Below are positions 1 to 12,698 of a stretch of DNA of 64,000 nucleotides, one piece after another. Within the stretch, counting starts at the first letter, position 1. Each line of letters opens with the position of its first letter. The DNA is from Paragordius varius. Taxonomy: Eukaryota; Animalia; Nematomorpha. Made by a program: the position numbers and the translations under genes. The notes beneath the pieces were generated by a model, which saw only the letters and a program-made list of their open reading frames with translations, made no database searches and was not told where the DNA came from. The stretch spans positions 4,898,001-4,962,000 of the forward strand of contig OZ176051.1 of NCBI GenBank assembly GCA_964247055.1, given 5' to 3'.

Positions 1-251
1 AAACCTGAAGTCATAAATAACCCTAATTTTAATCTAAGGAAATCAATATGTTGTATTTTAAATATGCTGAGTTTACCAAAAATAACCAGATAAATTATAC
101 ATATTCTAGGAAATTGTATCAGGAATTATATGTCCCTTTGCCCCTACAAGCGATTTTAGAAACTACACTTTTATGGCTACACCTACATATCAGAAAATGG
201 CAAAATTTGCACGCATTTTATAATTAAAATTTTGTAGATTTTATAAGCTAA

Positions 252-742
252 CACTTTGATTCGAATCGGGATATCTAGGGACCCTAAACCATATTGAATG
301 TATATTGCTTCTACCTTAATAAAATTTATATAAAAAAGCCAACATGTCAAAATGTAATTTAGTTTTTTTAAAAAAAAGCTCCATATCAAACTACTTCGGT
401 GCTATTTATATTTATATCGTCCAATTTTATTCTAACGCTAAGATTCAAGCTAATATTTTCTTTCAATCACCTCTAAAATTGTAAACAGGAATTTTGGTTT
501 TTTGTATTACTTGTATATTTAGCTATTTCACACATGTATTGTTAATTAAATTTTTATTGAGGTTTATCCATAAAGTTAAATCAAGATTTTTTAATTTGTT
601 TTATATTTTGATGATTCAATGTTATATAACGGCAAACGTTTGCAATGGAATTCCATATTTTTAGATATGATTTTAAACAGGCATGGAGTCCCTGAAAACC
701 TTAAGGAACGGAAAACTAAAATGAATGTTTTGAATCCAAGTG
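252..742 (-). mobile_element. Family A MITE, diverged copy
   Basis: Reverse-complement right end (CACTTTGATTCGAATCGGG at 252), an internal segment at ~330-418, and the left end (GAATCCAAGTG ending at 742). Confidence 0.55.
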
Positions 743-810
743 TTTTTCTCTAGGTAAAAGACTTTCCCAAAATGTCATGGGGTAAAATGTAGCAAACATA
801 AAAGTATTAA

Positions 811-1382
811 CACTTGGATACAACACATTGATTTTAGTCCTTCGATTCAAATTGGGGTAGTTAAATACCCCACGCCTGTTTAAAATATTCCTAAAAAAGA
901 TGGAAGGAATCGAAACCATTGCAAAATCTTGCACTAATATAACATGAATAAATCGTAGTATATAAAAAATTTTATTCAAAAATACTTCATATTACTTATT
1001 TTAAGCTAAAACCGAAAGGTAAAAATTTAGTCAACGTGACATGTGTCCAATGGTAAAATTAAAAAATAATACAAAATAAACCGCTTTTTCCATTTCTAAC
1101 AATATTAGATGTAATTTAATAAAAAATTAGCTATGATTTTACCCTTAAAATTAAATGAAGACAATATTTTGCAAAAATATGTAAAATAAAAATGGCGGCC
1201 AAGAAGTTTGACATGGAACTTTTTTTCCAAAACAAAATTTTATTTAGATATTTTGCCATATTTATACATATATTACTAGGATAGAAGCATAAATTTAAAT
1301 TGGGACCGTTTCCTTCAGTAGTTTTTTAAAAATTTCAATTTAAATATTGCCTGGGGTAGATACCCCAATTTGAATCGAAGTG
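811..1382 (+). mobile_element. TTAA-flanked MITE (piggyBac-like), family A, full-length copy
   Basis: TTAA at 807-810 and 1383-1386. The terminal repeats CACTTGGATACAA and CACTTCGATTCAA match at 11/13. An asymmetric internal inverted repeat CTTCGATTCAAATTGGGGTA lies near the left end. The CAC terminus is atypical of classic CCC piggyBac ends. Confidence 0.75.
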
Positions 1383-1721
1383 TTAATTATTTTATTATAA
1401 GTTATAATGAAAAGGCGCCATTGCAAATATCTTGATGAAATGTTAATTTAGAAGTCTGATGGCGCTTTTGGTTTGAGCTTACAAGTGTTATTAGAATTTA
1501 TTTATAATTTTGTCTTAAGCGTTCTATACAAGAAAACGGCAAATTTTGAGCACATTTTTGTAATAAAATTTTGAAAAATGCTTTTAATAAAAAATATCAC
1601 CAAATTCATAAACTACATATAAAAAGTGAAATAATATTTTTAAAAAATTAAATTTTATGATTGGGGCTCCAAAGCCCCAATCGCTCTTCTAAAATAAGCA
1701 GGTTTTGTTAATAGAAATGTA

Positions 1722-1908
1722 AACATATGAAACATTTTTTCTATATAATTTGATAATGCTAAACGTTTCTATCACCTCAAATTTATTTAAGCTTCTTTAG
1801 AGCTTAGGTGAATTATTGTGAAAAACACACGAATGAAAGTTTTATCAAAATTTTGAGGTGATAGAAACGTTAAAGATTAAGAAATAATATTAAAAAAGTG
1901 TATATGTA
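1722..1908. repeat. Inverted repeat / hairpin MITE-like segment
   Basis: AACGTTTCTATCACCTCAAA (~1762-1781) is the reverse complement of TTTGAGGTGATAGAAACGTT (~1852-1871), with weaker outward extension. Confidence 0.55.
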
Positions 1909-2240
1909 TTCATTATAATACTGTTTCCATAATGGCTCAAAATCATGTAAAAGTACGCTTCAACAAAATCTTACAAATTTACGAAAAAGTATGTTATTTT
2001 TAGTTGATAACAATTTAGCCTATATTAAAATTCTTCATCGCGCAAGCTCTGCATTTTTGCGTTTTATTTAAAAAAATTAGCCTATTTTAGAAGAGAGAAA
2101 AAAGGGATTATCGGAGCTCAAACCAAAAAATATAATATTTATTTAAAAATATTACTCTGCTTTTTATGGCTAGCTTGTGATAAGTTTTAGCGATTTTTTG
2201 GAATGAAGCTTTTAGCTTTGACCAAAAAATTTTTAATTAA

Positions 2241-2729
2241 CACTTGTATACAACACAAATTCAGTCCTTATGGGGCTGTTGGATGCCCCTAGCCTATTTA
2301 ATTCAAAAAGAATTGAGACCATGGTGCTTTTATATAACATAAATAAACCGAAATATTAAAAGATCTTTTAAAAATAGTTGATATTACTTGTTTTAAAGAC
2401 CAAGGTAAAAATTTAGCCAACATGACATGTGAGCATGAGCTAAATTTATAAAAAAGAAACTTTTCTATTGTATCAATATTAGATGTGTTTTCAATAAACT
2501 AGCTTTAATTTTAGCTTTGATGATAAATGACGACATTTTTCACAAATGTTATAAAATAAAAATGGCGTCAAAGCAAATTCATATGGAATTTTAAGATATT
2601 TTGGCTTACTAATATTATTTTTATTGGGATAGAAGCACACATTTATTGGGATCGTTTATTTCAGTAGATTTTTAAAAATATAAATTTAAATATCAGCCTT
2701 ATTTAGATACCCCAACTTAAATCGAGGTA
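2241..2729 (+). mobile_element. Family A MITE, diverged copy
   Basis: TTAA-CACTTGTATACAAC at the start, internal identity to 811-1382, and a terminal TTAA at 2730-2733. Confidence 0.65.
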
Positions 2730-2733
2730 TTAA

Positions 2734-3291
2734 CACTTCAATTCAATTTAGGCTATCTAAATACCGCAGTCAATATCAAATTTTTAAAAAACTACTAAAA
2801 GAAACGGTTCCAATTTAAATTTATATTTCTATCATAAAAATTATATAGAAAAACCAAAATATAAAAATAAAATTTAGTTTTGGAAAAAAAGTTCCTTATC
2901 AATTTTGGACGCCATTTTTATTTTACAACATTTTTGTAAATATCGCTTTTTTTGATATTAAGGCTAAAATTAAGTTTACTTTTTTATTAATACCCATTTA
3001 ACATTAATATAAACAGAGAGAGTGGTATAACATTATTTTTATATTTGCTTATGACCATATGTCATAATGGGTAAATTTTTAGCTTTGAGTTTTACCTATG
3101 GATTTTACCTTTGAATAAGTAATATCAAGTAATAATGAATAATCTTTTTATTGTATTTCGGTTGATTAGTGTTACATAAATGCAAACCTTTGCCATGGTT
3201 TCAATTTATTAAATATTTGAAATATTTAATTTTAAACAAGCCTGGAGTATCTTACATTGAATCGACTGACTGAAATGTATGTTTTGTATCC
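2734..3291 (-). mobile_element. Family A MITE, diverged copy sharing a TTAA with the previous copy
   Basis: CACTTCAATTCAATTTAGG starts directly after TTAA 2730-2733. Reverse-complement similarity to family A continues to TTGTATCC at ~3291. Confidence 0.6.
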
Positions 3292-3826
3292 ATAACATAT
3301 GCGAGAATGTTGCCATTTTCTATGGAGCATTTGCCACAAAACTCTAATTTTTTTCTTTAAGTCTTTAAACTAAAAGCACCAGAGATTCCTGATACTTTTT
3401 TCATATCACAATATATTTATTTCATCCAGATATTTATACATGACCCCCGATTTTGTACACTCTGTTATTATATAAAATTTGAAACATGAATTCAATGTTT
3501 GGGGTAGAAAATACCCTAAAAATATTTAAGTTTCTATCAAGTCTTTTATTTATTCAATTTAATACGTTTACACTGTTGGCTTAATATATATAATATAATA
3601 ATTAAAATTGTATTTAGAACTCTTTTAGTTTTAGAATGTTTGTTATAGACATCCATCATATGTCAATTGTATCTCCACTATAAAGTAAGCAAGCGTGATA
3701 AGCCCACCCGGAAATTATTGATTTCACATTTGTCACGATAAACACAGGTAATTTATTTATTTAAAAATCGATATATTGTAACTTTATATATAATATTATT
3801 GTGCATGAAAAACAGATTAAGACAAA

Positions 3827-6800
3827 ATGTCTTTTGATATGGACAATGGTTTTAAATCATCTAATTTTTAGGTTATAAACGGCGTTCTTCCAGATCACCT
3901 TCCATCAATGGCATTAATTCTAAAAAATCAAAAGTTGAAGAACTTGAAATGGAAACTAGAATCCTTTTCCCTGATAAAGTATTTTTGTCACCATAAGAAT
4001 TAGTATGCCGGCCCAGTAATTGGTAAGGGTGGGGAAAACATAAACCAAATTCGTGATAAGGTAGGCTTATAATTTGTTGTTGATTTATATAAAAAAATAA
4101 ATTATAATGTATAATTTCCTAATTATATATATTACGCTACTCTAACCTTCCTGAAACAATCTATACGAATATTACATGCGTCCACTACAATTATCCAACC
4201 CAAACGAATCTCCAACCTCTATACATAAAAACTAAAATATTTTTAATAATCCCCAATATTTATCCAAAATTACCTGCCAACCCATTAATTATTTAATAAA
4301 TATTCTACTTTACCCCTCTCTCAATATTTATAGTTTGGACTTAATATTAATCTGGCTGATTGTGGTGCCCCAGAAAGGTATTATATAATCTCTCTATTGC
4401 TTATCCAGCACGCACACCTTTGCTCATCATTTATTATCCTAAGATACTAAAATTCTATCCCATTTTATTTCTAATTAATAATTTATTTAATTGATTTTTT
4501 ACCCCTTATGTATAAATTGATACCATTTTTGTTATGTAACTAGTTAGTAGAGTTACCTTTTGTATATATACATATTATTGTCGTTATATATAATAGATAT
4601 TGATTTATTTTATGATCCCTCTCTACTTTAGGCTTACATTTTACCCTTCCTGATTCATTTTTATTTTTTTAGTTCTTTTTTATTTATGTGCTTAGCATTT
4701 TGCTGTTTCTCTCTATATTAATTATTTATATTGTTATTATTTTATGTGCTAGGATACTTAATTTAACAGGAGGCACCATTAAACAGCACATTCAATGCAT
4801 TGAAGCCATCCTTGAGATTATGAAAGATGTTTGTAGTTTTTTTTTATTTTTTTGCTTTTTCATTTAAAATTTATACTAATTACATCCTGTCTCACTTACC
4901 CTTACTTTCGTTAATGATGATGGATAACTAATATATATAATTTTTAAAAAATTGGTTATTTACATTTGCAATTTTATTAGAATCGCCGAGGGGATTATAA
5001 ACTTGAAAGCGAAGTACGCATCCTTGTACATGAAAGTCAAGCTGGTGCCGTTATTGGAAAGGGTGGAAATAAGATTCGGGAAATTCGTGATGTATAATTT
5101 TTTTGCGAAAAAATGCTTTTTTTAATGACTCTAAAATTTATCCTTAATTTATTAACATAATTATAGCGTACCCGTGCACATTTGAAAGTTTTCCCCACTG
5201 TGTGTCCAAAATCTACCGAACGTACCGTACTAATTGCTGGACAAATTCCAGAGATTGTTGAAACTTTGTACGAAATTTATGAGATTCTAAGCGAGGTAAA
5301 AAAATATTTTTGTGAATGTTTAAAATTATTTTATTTAAATATTTTTTTAGCAATTTTTTATTTAGCATATTTTTACTTTTATAATTTAAAGTTTGTCCGC
5401 TCAATAAGTTTATTAAGCCATGTTACCTTTTCTTTTTTAATGGTACTGAGAAAAAGACAAATTTAAAATTGTATCGTAAATTGCAAATTTTTTTTTGTAA
5501 AATTATTTTATATTAATTTGTGAGATTTTTTTCTTTTTGTTTTTAGGTGGCTCCCAGAGGCCCAAAATATTTTTATAGCCCAGTGGATTACGTGTATTAT
5601 GCCGTGTCCGATTATGGCGGTTTCATTGATGAGCGGGCCAGAAAAGCTGCAATGCGCGATGTTATGCCAGTGAACATTAGCAGATCTCTGAGTGGAGCTG
5701 GTGGTGGTCGTTATTCTCAAATAACGCAACATAATTATGACGGCTCGTCTCACAGATCACCACCTACCAGGGATAATTATGATTTATATCGCACTGGTAT
5801 TAGATTTTTTCATATTTCTTTTTCGTCTTTTCCATAGGAAAAGTTGTTTGTATCTATGATTTGCTGAGTTTGTTGTATTGTTATAAATATTAATTGAAAT
5901 TCGTTATTTACTGTGGTGTTTACATTATTTAGTTTATAATTTTTTCTTTGATACAATAATAAGGCAGTTCAAAATTTTCAAAAAGGAGGAGAGCCTTTTA
6001 AAATTTAAAAGACTGACAAAATTTTTTTAATCCATCATTTCGTATCCTTAATTTACTATATATCCAATATGATTTGGGTAGAGATCATATAATGACTTCA
6101 TATTTTAAATCTTTAATTGTAAAAGATTTAGGACACAAAATGGTCCTTATAAAATAGATATTTTGTGCCTTTTCTTGCTTAAATTACTGTGTTCCAATAA
6201 AAACACTTAGACTATTTTACCTGATATATATCTTACACTACTAACTTAATTATTTATAAAGAAATAAAAAATAATCACATTTTTCTTTTCTCCAAATTAT
6301 ATTTGCTTGTTTTGGATTAAATTAGATTATGGGCATATACCTGCACCAGCGATACCATCTCCGTTTTCTCCGTATGATGGCCCTTCCGATTACTATTATG
6401 ATCGGAGAATTCCGGCTCCATCAACATCTGTCAGGTAGCATTTTTTTTTCTAAGAAAAATTTAAAAGCTATAAAAATTCTTTTTCTGTTTTTTTGCATCT
6501 GAAATTTATATCGGAATCAGGACAGACTAATTTATTCTTTAATTATGTTTTAATCTTGATATCATTCAAAAAATGCTTATATTTTTTAATGTGTTTATAA
6601 TCAAATTATATAGACCATTGCTTCCTATCCCAGCATCATCTCAACCATCGTATTCCGAACGTGAAACTATTGTAACCCAGGTCACCATACCCAAAGAGGT
6701 ATCATTTATATTATTTTATATGAATATAGGTTGATATCATCGATTAATAATTATTCAACTATATTCACCTAATTTAATGGACAAAAAAACAGTTGTGAAA

Positions 6801-7701
6801 TTTTACAATTGTATCAAATGTGTGTTAATTGTTCTTACAAAACTAAAACCAATTTTTGGTTCCATTTATTTTGTTTTACTTATTACCGAGTCGTAATACT
6901 TAACTAGTTATAACCGTAAATGTACTTACTACTGTATCTATGATTTTTTTACCGATTCAAAACCCAAAAACTTTTTTATTACATGACTAAAAAATAAACT
7001 CTTTCTTTTATGAAACAGCTAGCTGGTGCCATAATTGGGCGAAGTGGGGAGCGCATTAATCGTATAAGAGATGATTCTCGTTGCAAAATCAAATTGGAAG
7101 AAATTGCCCCTGGTGATAAAGATAGAATAATTACTATTGAAGGTATTATTTACCATAGTTTGATAATCTTTGAATTTACAGCAAATATATCATTTTGCCT
7201 AATTTTATATCATTTATTTATATGTGTTTAGGGACAAGTGATGCCATTAGATATGCTCAAATGTTGTTACAAGATGCGTAAGCAAGCCATATTTTATTGA
7301 TATCATTTTTTTGTTATAATATACCTGTGTTTTAAAACCATATATTTATAATAGGGATGCTGTTTTGGAAGACTAGTGATTTTGTTGTTGTGCCAAAATG
7401 TATAATATGATTCTTTTTTGTAAGAGATCATATAACGCAAAATATTCAACAAGAAATCACTATCTTCTCAAAACATTGTTTCAATCGATCGCATTTTTTT
7501 CGATGGAATTTTTACTTTTGCATTTCCAAGGAATATGAACATTATATACTTGTTCATTTTATAATTGAAATGCTAAAACAATTTTGTTAATTTAAATGTT
7601 ACATCTTAAACTTGGATTTTAAATCAAATTAACAATTAACAACATTTTTATCATTTAGGGTTCGGAAACATGGGGGGAAGCGTGCTAGGAATTTACGATA
7701 A
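3827..7701 (+). CDS. HNRNPK: Heterogeneous nuclear ribonucleoprotein K-like protein (3 KH domains), ~400 aa, 13 exons: 3827-3848, 3872-3978, 4004-4060, 4334-4377, 4753-4828, 4981-5091, 5167-5295, 5547-5796, 6326-6434, 6614-6698, 7019-7142, 7232-7277, 7659-7701 (alternative last exon 7355-7376)
   Basis: GT-AG spliced reconstruction stays in frame. It contains KH1 RILFPDKYAGPVIGKGG, KH2 VRILVHESQAGAVIGKGG and KH3 TQVTIPKELAGAIIGRSG...DKDRIITIEG, plus DYGGF after KH2 and a basic bipartite N-terminus. These match hnRNP K motifs as I recall them. The first exon and the choice of last exon are less certain. Confidence 0.9.
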
Positions 7702-10656
7702 CTTATTTGTTTTATTTTCTCCGCAACCTTGGATATACGATATGATCTTTATTTTGATATATACACTTTAAAATATATACATTATTCTGTTCTACAAATT
7801 TGAAATTAAATAAATTATAATTTATTTAGTTGGATATTGTATATTAGTAAAAAATTAGTTATCTAACACATATTCCGAAACAGACAATTAGTAGATTAAC
7901 CCTGTAAATGAAATTATTACAAATGTGTTGAGAAGTAATATAAGGGGCTGCCTTTTATCACCTATATGGTATATGGCAAAATGTAATTGCAATTTATTTT
8001 TTCTTGTGTAACACCTTTGTGTGTCTTTTTTAGTTTAAATCTATATTCTACTCTCCACCCATAGTATAAGGATACAAAATAATGAATTAATTATTACATT
8101 GATCTTTTAAAATCGATATCTTTATATTGCCAATGTGTTAGCACATTTAGGACAGGAAAATTATGGCAAATAATTAATGTAAATAAATATATCATATATA
8201 GGAAATGATGATAAATAACGATTAAATTAAGAATTAAATAATTTTAAGGCTTTAAAATGCCTGCTAACTTTTTTTAACGTCACTAATTTTATTTTGGAGA
8301 ATTTTACTATATATATATATATTACTATATATATATATATAAGTATGAATTATTTCAAAATTAGCCTACTTTGTTGTCGGATTAATTACATTATGAATCT
8401 CATTATGGTTTTATCAATTTCTTTACCAATTTGTTAAAATTTGGATAAAAAACAACAACAGATTAATTACAAATTTAAGAATGCTTTTATTGGCCATATT
8501 TATATTCATGTACCAAATTTACAAATATATTTGGATTATTAATTACTCGTTTTTTTGGATGTTAATATATCATTAATGGTAACATTTTGCAATTTTATAA
8601 GCAGCTAATGCATTTAAAATAGGCCTGTGTTAGTAACTTCCCCAATTTATTATATCAAAGGACATGTAAGCCTGATTTGTATTGCAATCGATTAAGGTAA
8701 TGATATTTTAATGTTACTTGATGAGTTTTCTGGATTCAATAATTTAGCTTCGTTTGAAAATTCGGTCAGTTTTAATAGAAAAAGTAACACTGGAAAAATT
8801 TATACAAGGGATCATCAAGAATTAAACACATTTGCTTAATAAACATAACACCCCTTATACAAATCGTTTAGTATGTTAAAATCATTTTTAATTGGAACAA
8901 AAAGATATTACTAGCCATAAACAAAAAATAAATAGCATCACAAAGCTATTCGAATCAGTTAGCTTAAATTTGATTATAAGAACAGCTGATACTTTACTTG
9001 AATATATCAGTTTAAAAGAACTCATAGTTAATGACATTATAATACTCTTATTCTTCAATTAATATCTAAGTATCCTTTTTTGAATTTAATTTTAGGTTAT
9101 ATTATTAAAGTTTATATAATGTATAGATCTTATGAGCAGTAAATCAATACATTAGATTAATCTTTTGCCGTTATTATATAAACTGATTTATACTTTTTTT
9201 ACCGAATTGAAACGTGTTTATATAAATGCATTTAATATGATTTCAAATGATGCAAAAATATAATATTTTTCGATCATAAAAGAATTTGAGTTTATTTTAA
9301 GAAGTAATATTTCACCTTTTAAATAAAATTTCTATGTTGTTTTAATTAAAATATATTAGCCATTTGGGATGTAACCAATAAAGTGACAGGTGGTTAATGG
9401 CACACTTAAACTTAAGATAGAAATAGGTCAATAAAATTTTATTTTTAGTATAAATTAGTAAAAAAATTATGTTTAAACATATCGTATAACATTTTTGTAA
9501 TTTACCCAAAAACTGAAAAATAAATATATACCAATAAACATAACTGAACATTCACCTTAAAAAAACCCATTTATTATCTGAAAGACTTTTGTGAGTTATG
9601 TTATGTTTAATTTAAGTTATCCTAGCATTGAACAATACTTTTGACTTATTAATTGTTTAATTTTTAATAATTATAGAAATTGACATAATTTTAATCCAAA
9701 CTCTCGTTAAAAAATTTTAGAATTAGGGTTATGTTTTCGACTATATTAAATAATAACCGGACGGAAAGTTACCACAAATGTAAAGATATGTTTTAACTAA
9801 ACCAAAATTAATCAAATTGATAATCCAAATTTAATATCGATTTAAAATCTCACAACAAACATATGTTTCTTGACTAATTACAGTATGGGTAAGTATATAT
9901 ACATTGTTGATCTTAATATATATAAAGCAAAGGGAAATATAATTGGAAGATTGATATTTTTCTGTCATCGACCAATATTTATCACTTAATACTAGCCATT
10001 ACTTATTAGAATTAAAAAAATACCTATTATTATTTAGGTTAAAATCTTGTCGATTAACTCGTAGTATATTTTTATAAGCAGTCATGAAAATTATGTAAGA
10101 TCTGAGGACCTAATACCCTATATAGTATATCATATTATTTAGATTCTAAAATTTCAAATGTATGCATTGATTGAGAGTGATGTAATTGCTAATTATATTA
10201 TTTTTGTTATTATGTTTTCAAGAAAACCTAACTTTTTTGTATCAATATTTTATGTTAGAATTTTCGAGAATAGATTTCATGTTGCTTAATAATATGGTAA
10301 ATTCATAAAAAACCTAAAACCATCATAATTTGTAGAATATTGCCTAAATTGCACATAATTAAAAAGGCTTAATTAATAAATAATTGATAAGTTTAAATTA
10401 AGCTAAACTTTGATATACCTAAATATTTTTCTATTATATAATAAGATAAACATCATATAAATTTGGCTATTAAAAATTAATTAATATTCATTTAGTAACC
10501 AAATGTGATATGATTTAAATTTTTTATTGGTTATTGGTAAAATAGACATGTCATAAAAGGGGATAAATGACGCTTTAATATAGCAAAAATTTCAAATTAA
10601 AAAACAAAACTCAGCTTTTCCTTTATCCATATATGATGTATAAATATAAAAATCTA

Positions 10657-10779
10657 CAGTAGCGTATGGTAAAAAACAACAAATGGTATGAAATTAAACA
10701 AATTTTTTCCCATCTTTTAACACTAATTATTTTGCTTATTTATCTGTAAAGAAATTTTATTTTATGCCATACACTGCTG
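10657..10779. mobile_element. Short TA-flanked MITE related to 44466-44627
   Basis: TA-CAGTAGCGTATGG ... CCATACACTGCTG-TA. Confidence 0.5.
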
Positions 10780-10906
10780 TAAATAAAATTAAATGATTTC
10801 CACACAGATTTAATTAGTCTGATATTGTAATTGATCATTCATCATGTCTGATATGATGCTTTCCCCCAATTTGGTAAAATTTGTTATGTTGGGCGTCAAA
10901 AAATGT

Positions 10907-10913
<7 letters not shown>

Positions 10914-10976
<63 letters not shown>
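10914..10976. repeat. (TA)n microsatellite; others at ~8308-8341, 11163-11193, 17232-17253, 22127-22162, 32456-32487 and 43898-43918
   Basis: Read directly from the sequence. Confidence 0.95.
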
Positions 10977-10978
<2 letters not shown>

Positions 10979-11159
10979 CGTTAAATTACTTTTTCGAGTG
11001 TATAGCGAGTGATCTGATGTAATTGATTTTTTGCAAAAAATGTGTTAATTAACCTTTGAAACCAGACTAAACAATAAATTTAAAAAAAGTACAGGTTCAA
11101 ACACGAATAAAATTTTGTATTACCTAGCTAGATATTCTTACCTAGATTTAAGATGCCAT

Positions 11160-11198
<39 letters not shown>

Positions 11199-12698
11199 TT
11201 TTTAGTTACCTACTCACTCGTAAAAAAATACTTTTAATGCAGTCATTGCGATTAAATGGGTTATTAATCTAAACAAAAATGTATTTTTATTTATATTAAT
11301 ATAAAATAATTGGGTCAGTTTTTACCTGTCAAAAAATTCATCTCAAATGATTAATGTACGTGTTTTTTAAGCTAGGAATATAATGGCATATATCGCTGGC
11401 TTTCCCCACTAATAAACAAATGGAAAAACACTTAACTTAATTAAAAAACATTTATTAATGTTATTAGATATGAAAGGCTGTTGAGAGAAAAATAGTTTTT
11501 CATTTTTTTGTAATACTAATTTTTAAATAAATAACCCAAGTGGGAGCAATAGATTATTTGGACTTTTAATAAGGTCAAAACAACAAAATACTATTCGGAT
11601 AGATTAAATTTTGAAAACTTAAGTATTTAATATTTTACAGGTATTGGAACTAAAAAACTTAGCTTTTGAAACCGTTATTAAACTAAAACGGTGCCGAAAC
11701 CAGTTGTTATTAAAACTGAAACCGGAATTACAAATGTGATAAAAAAAATTTCCATTTTGACCTAAAACAATGGGTTGGGTGATAAAAACAAGAAAGGGCT
11801 CCTCTTAAAAGAAAAGCTGATCTGATTCGTAAAAACGGACCTTATTAATAATATTTATCAACGTTTTTTAGCTTAATCTCATCAAAACTAAAGATTTTCT
11901 CATTTTTATCCCCCATCTAATAACCTTACAAGAGTCAAACAAGTTTATTGTATTAAACTCTCATTTTAGCCTAAAGGCCTTATAAATTAGTAATTAAGAC
12001 CAAATCAAATTCGCTTATGTGAGTGAGCATTCAAACGAATCACTTGGTGATCAAATTTTCCACTTTTTGAGTAAAAAGATATTTTTCGAAATTTTTTCCC
12101 ATCTAAAGGCAACTATTCTACGCATTCACGTGAAATTCATGGTTCAATGCAATCCATATGAACCCATATATTTAAATTTTTGTGAGTATTAATTTATATC
12201 GTAGAAAAAATGTAAAAATATAAAAAAATACCAGGCTAATTAAAACGATTTAGCTTAAAAACAAATAAACTGGAGTATGTTCAATTTTTGGCAATATTAT
12301 AACAGAACCTTTTTGGTACGTTTTTTAAAATAGTAAAACCGAGATAGGGAATGAGTCGGAACTGGAACCAAAACCAAACAATCCTGGTTACAATATCTAA
12401 TTACTTTCGTTTTAGAAAAACATTTTAATCTAATCGTATAGATGGTTTGTCTGTAATCCAATTGCCGCATACAAGTTTATAAAGTTATGGAGATCAAAAA
12501 GTAGAAAAGACATTCATTATTTTTCTTGTGATATTTTTGTTGTTCAATATACCTAATTGTGGGAAAATTGAATCTATTAAAGTTTTTAAAATAAAAATTG
12601 CTAGTAGACACTAATTAATTAAAGAATCAATTAAATGATGAGATTAACGCATTCAGGGATATAGATTTTATTTACGAAAGCTCTAACGTCAAATTAAA

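Noticed and set aside
716-979. Similar minus-strand ORFs at 716-979, 47497-47682 and 49946-50137
   Set aside because: These are antisense readings of family A MITE copies. They are similar because of the repeat and show no protein motif.
8350-9060. Coding-like stretch, perhaps a decayed hAT transposase C-terminus (FYPNFNKLVKKLIKP, RQQSRL on the minus strand)
   Set aside because: The motif matches are too short and discontinuous to support without a search.
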